DNA of 64,000 bases from Acidobacteriaceae bacterium (GTDB lineage Bacteria; Acidobacteriota; Terriglobia; Terriglobales; Acidobacteriaceae), in contig PKXU01000152.1 of NCBI GenBank assembly GCA_003132445.1, forward strand, positions 32,667 through 96,666, read 5' to 3'. A model generated the notes under the pieces. It searched no databases and had not been told where the DNA came from. It saw nothing but the letters and a program-made list of their open reading frames with translations. Below are positions 25,754 through 33,840 of this stretch, one piece after another. Position 1 is the stretch's first letter, and every line of letters starts with the position of its first letter. Made by a program: the position numbers and the translations under genes.

Positions 25754-26782
25754 GTGAACCGCACGCTTGTGCGTCTGTTGGCGGACCGCGAGGCCGAACT
25801 TCGCAATAGATACGGGATTGCCTTTCGGGTCACCGGAATCGCCTCTCGGAGTTTGGGATGGATCGCCGATCGTGCCGGCTTCGATGTGACTACGCTGTGT
25901 GGCGCGGGCGCCCCCGCCCGCGAAAAATCGGAACCCGATTCAAAGTTCATCTCAAAGACCACCCCCCAAAACGTCCGCGAATGGCTCGCTAGCGCCCAGG
26001 CTGACGTCCTCTTCGAAGCGACCTCTCTCAACGTGAAAGATGGCCAGCCCGCCATCGACCACATTCGCGCGGCGCTTGAGCACGGAGCCCACGCCATCAC
26101 CGCGAACAAAGGACCCATCGTGCATGCGTACCGCGAACTGCGCGACTTGGCCGCGGCGCGCGGCAAACGGTTTCTGTTTGAATCCACGGTGATGGACGGC
26201 GTGCCTATTTTTTCTTTGTTCGATCAGATGCCGACGATTCATCTGCAGGGTTTTCATGGAATCCTCAACTCAACCACGAATGTGATTCTCGGCGAGATGG
26301 AGCAAGGCCTAAGCTTCGACGAGGCGCTGAAGAAAGCGCAGGCGCTCGGCGTCGCCGAAACCGATGCCACGCACGACATCGACGGCTGGGACGCCGCCGT
26401 AAAAACCGCCGCGCTCATCACGGTTCTGATGGGTTTGAACGAAATGGGTTCAAACGAAAATGATGTGCCGATTCGCCTGGAAGATATCGAGCGCGAAGGC
26501 ATCCGCGACCTCACGCCGCAGGCTTTGCGCAACGCTCGCCGCGATGGCTGGCCTTTCAAACTGGTCTGCCGCGCGAAGCGCGAAGGCAACGGCATCAAGG
26601 CAAGCGTAGCGCCCGAGAAAGTGCTGGCCACCTCGCCGATGGGCAAGGTCACCGGCACATCGTCCTACATCTATTTCGAAACCGATATCTTCCCCGGCCT
26701 GGCCGTCACCGAAGAAAATCCCGGCCTCTACGCGACGGCCTACGGCCTGCTCACGGATTTTGTGAGGGCGGTGGGCGGATAG
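25754..26782 (+). CDS. hom: Homoserine dehydrogenase (no ACT domain); true start probably upstream of the first canonical start
   Basis: ESTVMDGVPIF and GILNSTTNVILGEMEQGLSFDEALKKAQALGVAETDATHDIDGWDAAVK are homoserine dehydrogenase motifs. The Rossmann motif FLGFGNV is encoded at 25733-25753, in frame but before GTG 25754. Confidence 0.8.
   Translation: MNRTLVRLLADREAELRNRYGIAFRVTGIASRSLGWIADRAGFDVTTLCGAGAPAREKSEPDSKFISKTTPQNVREWLASAQADVLFEATSLNVKDGQPAIDHIRAALEHGAHAITANKGPIVHAYRELRDLAAARGKRFLFESTVMDGVPIFSLFDQMPTIHLQGFHGILNSTTNVILGEMEQGLSFDEALKKAQALGVAETDATHDIDGWDAAVKTAALITVLMGLNEMGSNENDVPIRLEDIEREGIRDLTPQALRNARRDGWPFKLVCRAKREGNGIKASVAPEKVLATSPMGKVTGTSSYIYFETDIFPGLAVTEENPGLYATAYGLLTDFVRAVGG
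25899..25922. repeat. REP-like GC hairpin, family R2, inside the hom coding sequence
   Basis: GTGGCGCGGGCGCCCCCGCCCGCG, translated as CGAGAPAR within hom. Confidence 0.7.
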
Positions 26783-26926
26783 TCGGTGGCGTCCTCGATC
26801 GTTAAAGCCTTATAATTTCTGGTTCTCAGTGCGTTCTCCCTTGCTTTTTCACAGGCTGGTATGTGACCTTCGTCACAGACACCAATCCGGGGTAGCGACG
26901 ACAATTGTTCTAACTGGGGAGAGTCA

Positions 26927-27649
26927 ATGGCCGTCCTAGAGAAAGCGCAGTTCTCCGCCGAAGATCTGGCTGAGAATTTTCCGAATGCCCCCCTGTCCGA
27001 AGCCTCGTACGAGATTCGCTTTGGCCCCAAGCTGCGTATCCCTGCTGAAGTCTGGAAGCTGCAAGAACAGGTCGGCGCTGCGTGCCCCAATTTCTCTGTT
27101 GAGAATACGTTAGTATTGGGCGGCACGCTCATGCCCTCTTTCACATTCGCCAGCAAGGACCGAACCACGATGGTGCGTGTCTCACAGCAGAATCTTGGCA
27201 TCATAATGACGTCGTACCCCGGTTTCGCGGAGTTCCACCGGAAGGTGGTGGAGTGGACTGGGAGCTTCTGTACTATGTATGGGGTGGAGAGTATCGCGAG
27301 GACGGGGCTGAGGTACGTCAACAACATCATTCTGCCACGTCAGGTGCACCTAAGTGAATATGTGAACCCGTTTGTGGACTTAACACGCTTTTCGTCGGAT
27401 ACTAAGAACAGTCAGTTTGTCTGCGAGATACGCAGCGCCATATCCGATCACGACCTCATGATTCGAACGGCGCTGATTAAAGAGCCGATTCCGTCGTACA
27501 TGCTTGACATTGACTGCTACGTCGAGCGGCCCGCGAAGCCGGAAGACGTTGCTGGGTTGCTCACAAGGTTCCACGAAAGCGCGAAGGTCACCTTCTTGGA
27601 ACACATCCGGCCCGCACTCAAGGCCGAGTTTCGTCGGAGAACAAAATGA
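26927..27649 (+). CDS. TIGR04255-family protein (uncharacterised)
   Basis: NFPNAPLSEASYEIRFGP near the N-terminus and ARTGLRYVNNII in the middle match my memory of TIGR04255. GGGGAGAG lies before the ATG. Local GC looks lower than in the neighbours. Confidence 0.6.
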   Translation: MAVLEKAQFSAEDLAENFPNAPLSEASYEIRFGPKLRIPAEVWKLQEQVGAACPNFSVENTLVLGGTLMPSFTFASKDRTTMVRVSQQNLGIIMTSYPGFAEFHRKVVEWTGSFCTMYGVESIARTGLRYVNNIILPRQVHLSEYVNPFVDLTRFSSDTKNSQFVCEIRSAISDHDLMIRTALIKEPIPSYMLDIDCYVERPAKPEDVAGLLTRFHESAKVTFLEHIRPALKAEFRRRTK

Positions 27650-27999
27650 TTTTTGGTGTACAAGGCGCGGCGATCTCACAAGTTCAATTGGACAGGGCAA
27701 AAGACACCGGAACCATGGGAGAGTTCCGAGCTGCGATGGCGGCTGGTACTCCCCCTAACCAATGGGTTATTGTGCCGCAATCCACGTTGGAGCAATACCA
27801 ACTAATGATCTCCTCACTTGAGGCCAATCTGAAGAGTCACCAGGATTACATTACTCAGATGATGGCCCGCGAGGGATACGGTTTGGTGATTGAGGGAACC
27901 GATGAGCCGGCACAAGGACTCGACCCTGAGTCGACTGCGCTCGTGAACTCCTTGCTGTGCTCAGTTCCTGAGGGCAACTACTACCGGGACGACGATTAG
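27646..27999 (+). CDS. Hypothetical protein (117 aa, acidic C-terminus)
   Basis: The ATG overlaps the upstream stop (ATGA at 27646-27649), suggesting translational coupling. No recognisable domain. Confidence 0.5.
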   Translation: MIFGVQGAAISQVQLDRAKDTGTMGEFRAAMAAGTPPNQWVIVPQSTLEQYQLMISSLEANLKSHQDYITQMMAREGYGLVIEGTDEPAQGLDPESTALVNSLLCSVPEGNYYRDDD

Positions 28000-28016
28000 A
28001 AGTAGTCCCACGACCA

Positions 28017-28608
28017 ATGTTTGTAGAACACGCGGAATGGAAGGAACTTGAGCTTCGTCAAGGTGATATTCTCGTAGGTATTCCTTTTCCATTCGTGTCT
28101 CCCGCCGACGTCAATCTTCTTGGGAAGATTCCCGCGGGCGGACACCCGCATTTCCCCGCGATTTCAGCTTCCATGCGCACATGGCGCGATCACGGTCTGC
28201 CGCGTCGTTCCAGTCAGGGCATCCATCATGGAAGATGCGGACAAGCTGCTCAGTCTACGCGAGAATCGCGATCCTCGAGTTCTCGCCGTTAAGAACTATA
28301 AGAACTACTTCGGCATAGGCACGGGCGGCGGCCTGTCTGAAACTGACCTGATGGTGGACTTCGCTCAGATGGCTTGCGTCCCGGCGAACGAATTTCCTGC
28401 CATCATGGACAAGAAGCACGCTCAACTAACGGACATTGACCGAATGAAACTGAAGATCAAACTCGGCGTCTTCTTCGCGCAACCCACTAAAGAGGAAATC
28501 GATGCCAAGATAGCACAAGATCCTTGGAACGTGGCTGCTCCCGTGCCCGCTGCCGACGAGAATGTCGCGCCTCAGGCCCCTGGACCTGCAAGCCACGACG
28601 CAGTTTAG
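28017..28608 (+). pseudogene. Hypothetical gene, apparently split by a +1 frameshift (track ORFs 28017..28292 and 28120..28608)
   Basis: The N-terminal frame gives MFVEHAEWKELELRQGDILVGIPFPFVSP.... The C-terminal frame gives a protein-like ...VLAVKNYKNYFGIGTGGGLSETDLMVDFAQMACVPANEF...KLKIKLGVFFAQP. The two overlap at 28120-28292. Alternatively, a shorter intact gene could start at ATG 28228. Confidence 0.35.
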
Positions 28609-28754
28609 TCTGAGATGCGGTGGCGGAGACATTCGCGGACCTGATCGCTTCCCTGAGTTGTTATTTCACGTGGCCGCGCTTGGCATGGCGAAAGTCGGGG
28701 ACAGTGCGTTTCCCCTCTCGAGTCCCGTTGCCGTGATAAAAATAACTAACGACC

Positions 28755-30053
28755 ATGCCGACCACCGAGACCGCTCCCGCTCTCGACCTAACCTACATCC
28801 GTTCCCAATTCCCCGCGCTCGCGCAAACCGTCAACGGACATCCCGCCGCATTCCTCGACGGCCCCGGCGGAACGCAAGTCCCGCAGTGCGTGATCGACGC
28901 CATTGCCGGCTATCTGCGCCGCGACAACGCCAATACCGGCGGGTCTTACGCCACCAGCCGCCGCACCGATGCCATGATCGCCGAGGCTCGCGCCGCCATG
29001 GCTGATTTTCTAAATTGCGGCGCTGATGAAATCGTGTTCGGACCGAACATGACGACGCTGACCTATGCCATGTCCCGCGCGATTGGTCGTGAGTTGGAGA
29101 TCGGGGACGAAGTCGTGGTTACGCGCCTCGACCATGACGCCAACGTCTCCCCCTGGCTGCAAAGGGCCGGAGATCGGGGTGCGACTGTCCGCTGGGCGGG
29201 GATCCACGACAACGACTGCACGCTCGACCTAGCTGACCTCGCCTCGAAAATAAACTCCAAGACAAAGCTGGTCGCTGTCGGCTACGCCTCCAACGCCGTC
29301 GGTACGATCAATCCAGTCAAAGAAATCGTGCAACTCGCCCACAGCGTGGGCGCCCTCGCCTACATCGATGCGGTGCACTACGGCCCGCATGGGTTGATCG
29401 ACGTGAAGGCGCTCGATTGCGATTTTCTGGTCTGCTCGACCTACAAATTCTTTGGTCCGCACATGGGCGTACTCTTCGGAAAGAGCGAACACCTTCAGCG
29501 CCTGCGTCCGTACAAAGTTCGGCCGAACACGAACGCGATTCCCAATCGATGGGAGTGGGGGACACTCAACCACGAAGGCATCGCAGGCATCGCCGCCTGT
29601 GTGGAATATATCGCAGACATTGGCCGCAGCGCCCGCCCTGAAATAAACTCACCTGACGCGGGGACAAGTGGGGTTAGTAAAAGAAGACGCGCCATTGAAG
29701 CGGCCTACGAAGTCATCCACGAGCATGAGCGCGCCCTGCTGGAGAGGATGATGGTCGGCCTGGAAGAAATTCCGGGGATTAAGATTTATGGAATCACCGA
29801 TCCGGCGCGCTTCCCCGAGCGTTGCGCGACACTCGCGGTAAGAATCAAGAATCACACTCCGCTTGAACTGGCCACGAAACTCGGCGAGCGCGGATTCTTC
29901 ACCTGGGACGGCAACTACTATGCCCTCAACCTGACCGAACATCTCGACATCGAAAAATCCGGTGGGTTCCTACGCATCGGCCTGGTGCACTACAACACGG
30001 CGGAAGAGGTAGACCGCCTGCTGGCTGCGCTGCACGAAATCGTAGGAAGGTAG
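28755..30053 (+). CDS. Cysteine desulfurase-like class V aminotransferase (PLP)
   Basis: IRSQFPAL...AFLDGPGGTQVP, HDANVSPW and STYKFFGPHMGVLFG (PLP lysine) are typical of the SufS/CsdA-related cysteine desulfurase-like group. Confidence 0.8.
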   Translation: MPTTETAPALDLTYIRSQFPALAQTVNGHPAAFLDGPGGTQVPQCVIDAIAGYLRRDNANTGGSYATSRRTDAMIAEARAAMADFLNCGADEIVFGPNMTTLTYAMSRAIGRELEIGDEVVVTRLDHDANVSPWLQRAGDRGATVRWAGIHDNDCTLDLADLASKINSKTKLVAVGYASNAVGTINPVKEIVQLAHSVGALAYIDAVHYGPHGLIDVKALDCDFLVCSTYKFFGPHMGVLFGKSEHLQRLRPYKVRPNTNAIPNRWEWGTLNHEGIAGIAACVEYIADIGRSARPEINSPDAGTSGVSKRRRAIEAAYEVIHEHERALLERMMVGLEEIPGIKIYGITDPARFPERCATLAVRIKNHTPLELATKLGERGFFTWDGNYYALNLTEHLDIEKSGGFLRIGLVHYNTAEEVDRLLAALHEIVGR

Positions 30054-30194
30054 GCAATGCTTTCTAACTGGAAAGACAGCAGGTCTCTCCGCTACGCTGC
30101 CCTCCTGTTGGGAAGGTCAGCTTCGGTCGAGAGGACAGGCTTCGATCGAGCGAATTGCAAATTGCTAAAACTCGCCGGCACACACGACTTCGCC

Positions 30195-30230
30195 GGAAAA
30201 CATAACAGCCCGGGACGAATCCCAGGCTGT
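30195..30230 (-). terminator. Rho-independent terminator candidate for the 30304..30567 gene
   Basis: The minus strand reads ACAGCCTGGGATTCGTCCCGGGCTGT followed by TATGTTTTCC. Confidence 0.5.
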
Positions 30231-30303
30231 AAAACCTCAAACACAAGAATTAAACGCTCACGCCGCCGGGCGTGGGCATCGGCGCCAAATCTGCTTTCCG
30301 CGG

Positions 30304-30567
30304 TTACGGCCAGCGCTTCGATGTGTCTTCCCAGCCAGCGGCGCGAACCGGTTGCGGCGGGGGAATTGAGGGCGTCGACGGGACCGGAATGCGGGGCGCA
30401 GCCTGGGGTCCATTGACGGCCGTGGCCAAGGCGGGCTTCGCCATTTCCGACGCCAATTCCTTTTCCTCGGAAAGCAGCGGGGCTACGAGCCGCAAAGCCT
30501 CCACTTCTTTTTCGAGACGGGTCAGTTCCATCTCTTTCTGACGCAGTACTTCATAGACATTCTTCAT
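30304..30567 (-). CDS. Small coiled-coil hypothetical protein
   Basis: MKNVYEVLRQKEMELTRLEKEVEALRLVAPLL..., then a Pro-rich tail. Internal ATG of track ORF 30304..30678. Confidence 0.5.
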   Translation of the reverse strand: MKNVYEVLRQKEMELTRLEKEVEALRLVAPLLSEEKELASEMAKPALATAVNGPQAAPRIPVPSTPSIPPPQPVRAAGWEDTSKRWP

Positions 30568-30702
30568 GACCAAGGCACCTGGTTGTTTTGTAGTAGTGAG
30601 CAAGCTTCTTCGCACTGTACCAGACCTGCCTGTGTTGTCAAGGGCTTCCCAACCTCGCGGGCGGCGAAGTTGGCACAAAATCGGCCTTTTGGAGCTCGAT
30701 GG

Positions 30703-32475
30703 CTAGCGCAACAGTAAGAAAGCCGCGACCACGATGCACACCACTACGAGCACTCCAAGCACATACTTATTTGCCGAGAGCCAAGATTCGGAGGGCTCAA
30801 GACCGGAGCTCAAAACGAAGGTCGAGGACGATGTTTCCAAGGGCCCGGGCGCGGATTTCGTTTCCTCTGCGGTCAGGGTTCCGTTCGAGGGAGTCGGGAG
30901 CGATCGATCGGCGAAGCCTTTTGATTTCGTTACCGAAGTAGTGGTTAGTTGAGTTGAGGAGGCAGGAACGCGAGCCGCAACCGATTGGGCTGCAGCTGCG
31001 AGCGCGCGAGGCTCGGCTGCAGTCGGCGCAGGCTGAGGCTCCGTCGCGGTGGGAATAATCGCGGTCGGAACAACAGCGGTTACTGTCAGCCGAGAAGCGC
31101 CGGCAGGCTTCAGTTGCCCACGCCACTTCTTTTCCTCACATTCGACACAGAGAGCGCGGTCGGCGGAAACAGGAAAGCCGCAAGCCTCGCACTTGCGCAA
31201 GTTTCGCAGCACAGGAGGAACGTGACTGCGATCTGCTTTTTCTGCCTTCGCGGCATCAGCGGTCGGATTGATCTCAGCCGTCCAAAATAGCGGCTTCCGG
31301 GGCAAGGCGGGTTCTGTAGAACGGCCCGGAGACGATTGAGCTGCGGCTGCAACTTTCTCGGAAGCGACTGTTTTCAGGTCTGGAGCCGCTGCAGCGGCCG
31401 TTTCCACGACCATCGGCGGAACGTCCTTCAGCGGCGCTGCTGAGAGAATGGGAGCCGTTGCGTCTGCCGTCTTTGCGTGTGCCGTTTTTGCGTCTGTTGT
31501 TTTTTCGTCTGCTGTCAGCGCAGTTTCGGTCTCGGCATCCAGTATTCTTGCATCAACTGCTTTTGGATCTGCGGTCGTTGCTTCCTGCGTCTTTGCATCT
31601 GGCAACGCAGCCACTGCGCCTTCAATTTTCGTGATGCCAGCATCCTTTCGGGAATCTTCTAACTTCTCCGCAGTCGCGGCATTCACTTCCAGCACCGGCT
31701 TCGATTCTTTAGGAACAATATCTCCCAGAACCAGTCCATCATCTTCCAGAACGTCCGGGATCTCTTCGGAATCCGCCTGTTTGGAAACGAGAACGCCCAG
31801 GCCTAATTCATCGAGAACGTGCGCCTCCAGAACTTTGTCTTCTTCTATCTCATTCCCAGCGGCTGGCGCGGAAGTCTCGCTGACATTCAGTTGTTCGGGC
31901 AATTTTTCCGCAGCCTCGGCCAAGCGAACCGCAGTTTCCACTAACTCGCTCAGCCGCTGTACCGCGGAGAGATCGCGTTCGCCGAAGGCATTCACCTTGC
32001 CGGAAAAAAGTTCAAAGACGCCGAGCACTCCATCGTCGTTCACCACCGGCATCACCACCACGGAAGCGATTCCCAACTGGCGGCAAACTTCGCGATTTAC
32101 GCGGATATCGCGCTCAGCATCGTCACAGCGTAGCGGCTGGCGGGTTCGCACACTCTCTCCTGAGAGTCCGTATTCGGTGGAAAGCAACGCTCCCAGCTCT
32201 GGGGCATTCGATCCCGAACTGGCACGGCACAGCATGTCATTCTTGCCATTACGACGCAGGGCGATCGCGGCTCCGCTGGCGCCTGTAATGTATTGCGCCC
32301 GATCGGCCAGCAACTGCAAGGCGGCATCCAAGTCGCGGCGGGCCATCTCAGCTAGAGAACGTCCTCCGTCCTCGCCGGGAAAGCCCACGGTGGAAGCGGA
32401 CTGAGTCAAGGCTGGATTGGGCGGGGACGGGTGGTTCGCCGATGACGCGTGATATCGACTAGGGGGAGTTGCCAT
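30703..32475 (-). CDS. GAF-domain protein with zinc-ribbon and C-terminal transmembrane anchor
   Basis: GAF-like region AIALRRNGKNDMLCRASSGS...LRCDDAERDIRVNREVCRQLGIASVVVMPV. Low-complexity Ala/Thr/Lys linker. CEACGFPVSADRALCVECEEKKW. C-terminal VLGVLVVVCIVVAAFLLL. The start could be 32490. Confidence 0.7.
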   Translation of the reverse strand: MATPPSRYHASSANHPSPPNPALTQSASTVGFPGEDGGRSLAEMARRDLDAALQLLADRAQYITGASGAAIALRRNGKNDMLCRASSGSNAPELGALLSTEYGLSGESVRTRQPLRCDDAERDIRVNREVCRQLGIASVVVMPVVNDDGVLGVFELFSGKVNAFGERDLSAVQRLSELVETAVRLAEAAEKLPEQLNVSETSAPAAGNEIEEDKVLEAHVLDELGLGVLVSKQADSEEIPDVLEDDGLVLGDIVPKESKPVLEVNAATAEKLEDSRKDAGITKIEGAVAALPDAKTQEATTADPKAVDARILDAETETALTADEKTTDAKTAHAKTADATAPILSAAPLKDVPPMVVETAAAAAPDLKTVASEKVAAAAQSSPGRSTEPALPRKPLFWTAEINPTADAAKAEKADRSHVPPVLRNLRKCEACGFPVSADRALCVECEEKKWRGQLKPAGASRLTVTAVVPTAIIPTATEPQPAPTAAEPRALAAAAQSVAARVPASSTQLTTTSVTKSKGFADRSLPTPSNGTLTAEETKSAPGPLETSSSTFVLSSGLEPSESWLSANKYVLGVLVVVCIVVAAFLLLR

Positions 32476-32661
32476 GGCCCATGCCAACACCCTTGAAATC
32501 AGATGGACTGGGACGAAGCGTCCGCCTCAATTCACTTAAGTTGCCAGGGTGCAGTAATTGGAGTCTCGCTCGGAGCGGGCAAGGTGTCAAGGAATTCTCC
32601 GCCCGGAGGTACTAAGCCACAAGTGCGGAAATTCTATCGCAGAAAGTTCTCCGCAATGCCT

Positions 32662-33183
32662 TTAGACTCTTATCTTCTGGCGCAAGGCCGACTGCGCCAA
32701 GCCATTCGCCTCCGCATTATTTTCGCGCGGGACGTGGGAAATTGAGAACGTCAGCGCACGCGCCAGTTTGCGGCAAGTCCAATGCAAAGAGTAGAGGCGC
32801 GGGCTGCGGCAAACATACTGCCCGGTCATTTGCCTCACCATCACTTCGGAATCGGAATAGACGTGTAGTTTCTGTGCTTTGAGGGCAATGGCGTATTGCA
32901 GAGCTTCCATCAGCGCGACATATTCGGCGACGTTGTTATCCTGATGGCCGATCCATTTCGCGATGCGTACCGGGCCACTGCCGCAGCCGTTGATGACGAC
33001 TCCAATGCCGGATGGCCCGGGATTTCCCAGGCAGCCGCCATCCACGTAAGCCACGAGCTCGGGCATCACGACTTTTGCTTCTGTTTGCACGATGCTCTCA
33101 TCCGGGTTCGGCGTCAAGACGATTATTTGATTCCGTATCATCATTTTGCGGTTGACCCTAAGCTTGTGCATTTTAATGTGCAA
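32662..33183 (-). CDS. rnhA: Ribonuclease HI family protein
   Basis: VAYVDGGCLGNPGPSGIG, NNVAEYVALMEAL, VYSDSEVMVRQM and VPRENNAEANGLA. The start is probably internal (ATG 33066 or ATGs near 33141-33144). Confidence 0.8.
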   Translation of the reverse strand: MHIKMHKLRVNRKMMIRNQIIVLTPNPDESIVQTEAKVVMPELVAYVDGGCLGNPGPSGIGVVINGCGSGPVRIAKWIGHQDNNVAEYVALMEALQYAIALKAQKLHVYSDSEVMVRQMTGQYVCRSPRLYSLHWTCRKLARALTFSISHVPRENNAEANGLAQSALRQKIRV

Positions 33184-33840
33184 AATTGGGACGAATTTCC
33201 CCTAGTGCCGTGTAAGGGTCTACCTGACAGCCACTTGCATTCTGTTTTTTTCACAGCTCGTGGAGAAGGGGTTGCACCAAAACTTTGCGTTGACGTTTTT
33301 TAATTCTCTGTTAGTGTTGCTTGCGTCGACAGTCGAAAGGGTTGGCACAGTAAAATGAGCCAGCGCGAAATAGACTGAGTGATCAGCAAGGCGAGGCGAC
33401 TCGCCGGGTGACCAGACCTGAAAAAACCGACGGCTCTGCGAGGGGCAGTTGGGGTTTGGAACTGCGAAAGCAGTGATCGCATCAAGGGGTCGTGACGGTA
33501 CATGCCTCCACGCTGTTAGCTCCCTCGCAGGAGCTGGCGGCTAGAGCATAACCAATGTCACGGCCCTTTCAATTTTTTCTCCGCCTGTTCTCTTCGTTTC
33601 CCCTTCTCCTGGGTCCAAATTTCACTTCTGGCGTCCCCTTGCTCAGCTCTTCTCCTTTTAACAAAGACGACTACTGCTACGTCGTGCATTTCGGCGAGAC
33701 TCGTCTGGTCCAACTCGAAATCTCCGCAAGAAAATCGATTTACCTATAAACCCTTTCCTGTGGCATAATTCATCGCCGTAACTATCCGCGCCGGCACCCG
33801 CGCTGTCACGGACGCACTTAAATCCAAAGTGGAGAATTTC

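Noticed and set aside
26783-28754. A classical genomic island or prophage remnant around the TIGR04255 cassette.
   Set aside because: There is no integrase, transposase, tRNA or flanking direct repeats. Only the compositional contrast and the unknown functions remain, and these are reported as a finding.
33380-33620. TPP-like (CTGAG...ACCTGA...GCGAGGGG) or ZTP-like (GGGGTCGTGACGG ... CTCCTGGGTC) riboswitch fragments.
   Set aside because: These are only partial string resemblance. The helices required by either consensus are not formed. The downstream gene (a Gfo/Idh/MocA oxidoreductase) is unrelated to thiamine or purine/folate metabolism.
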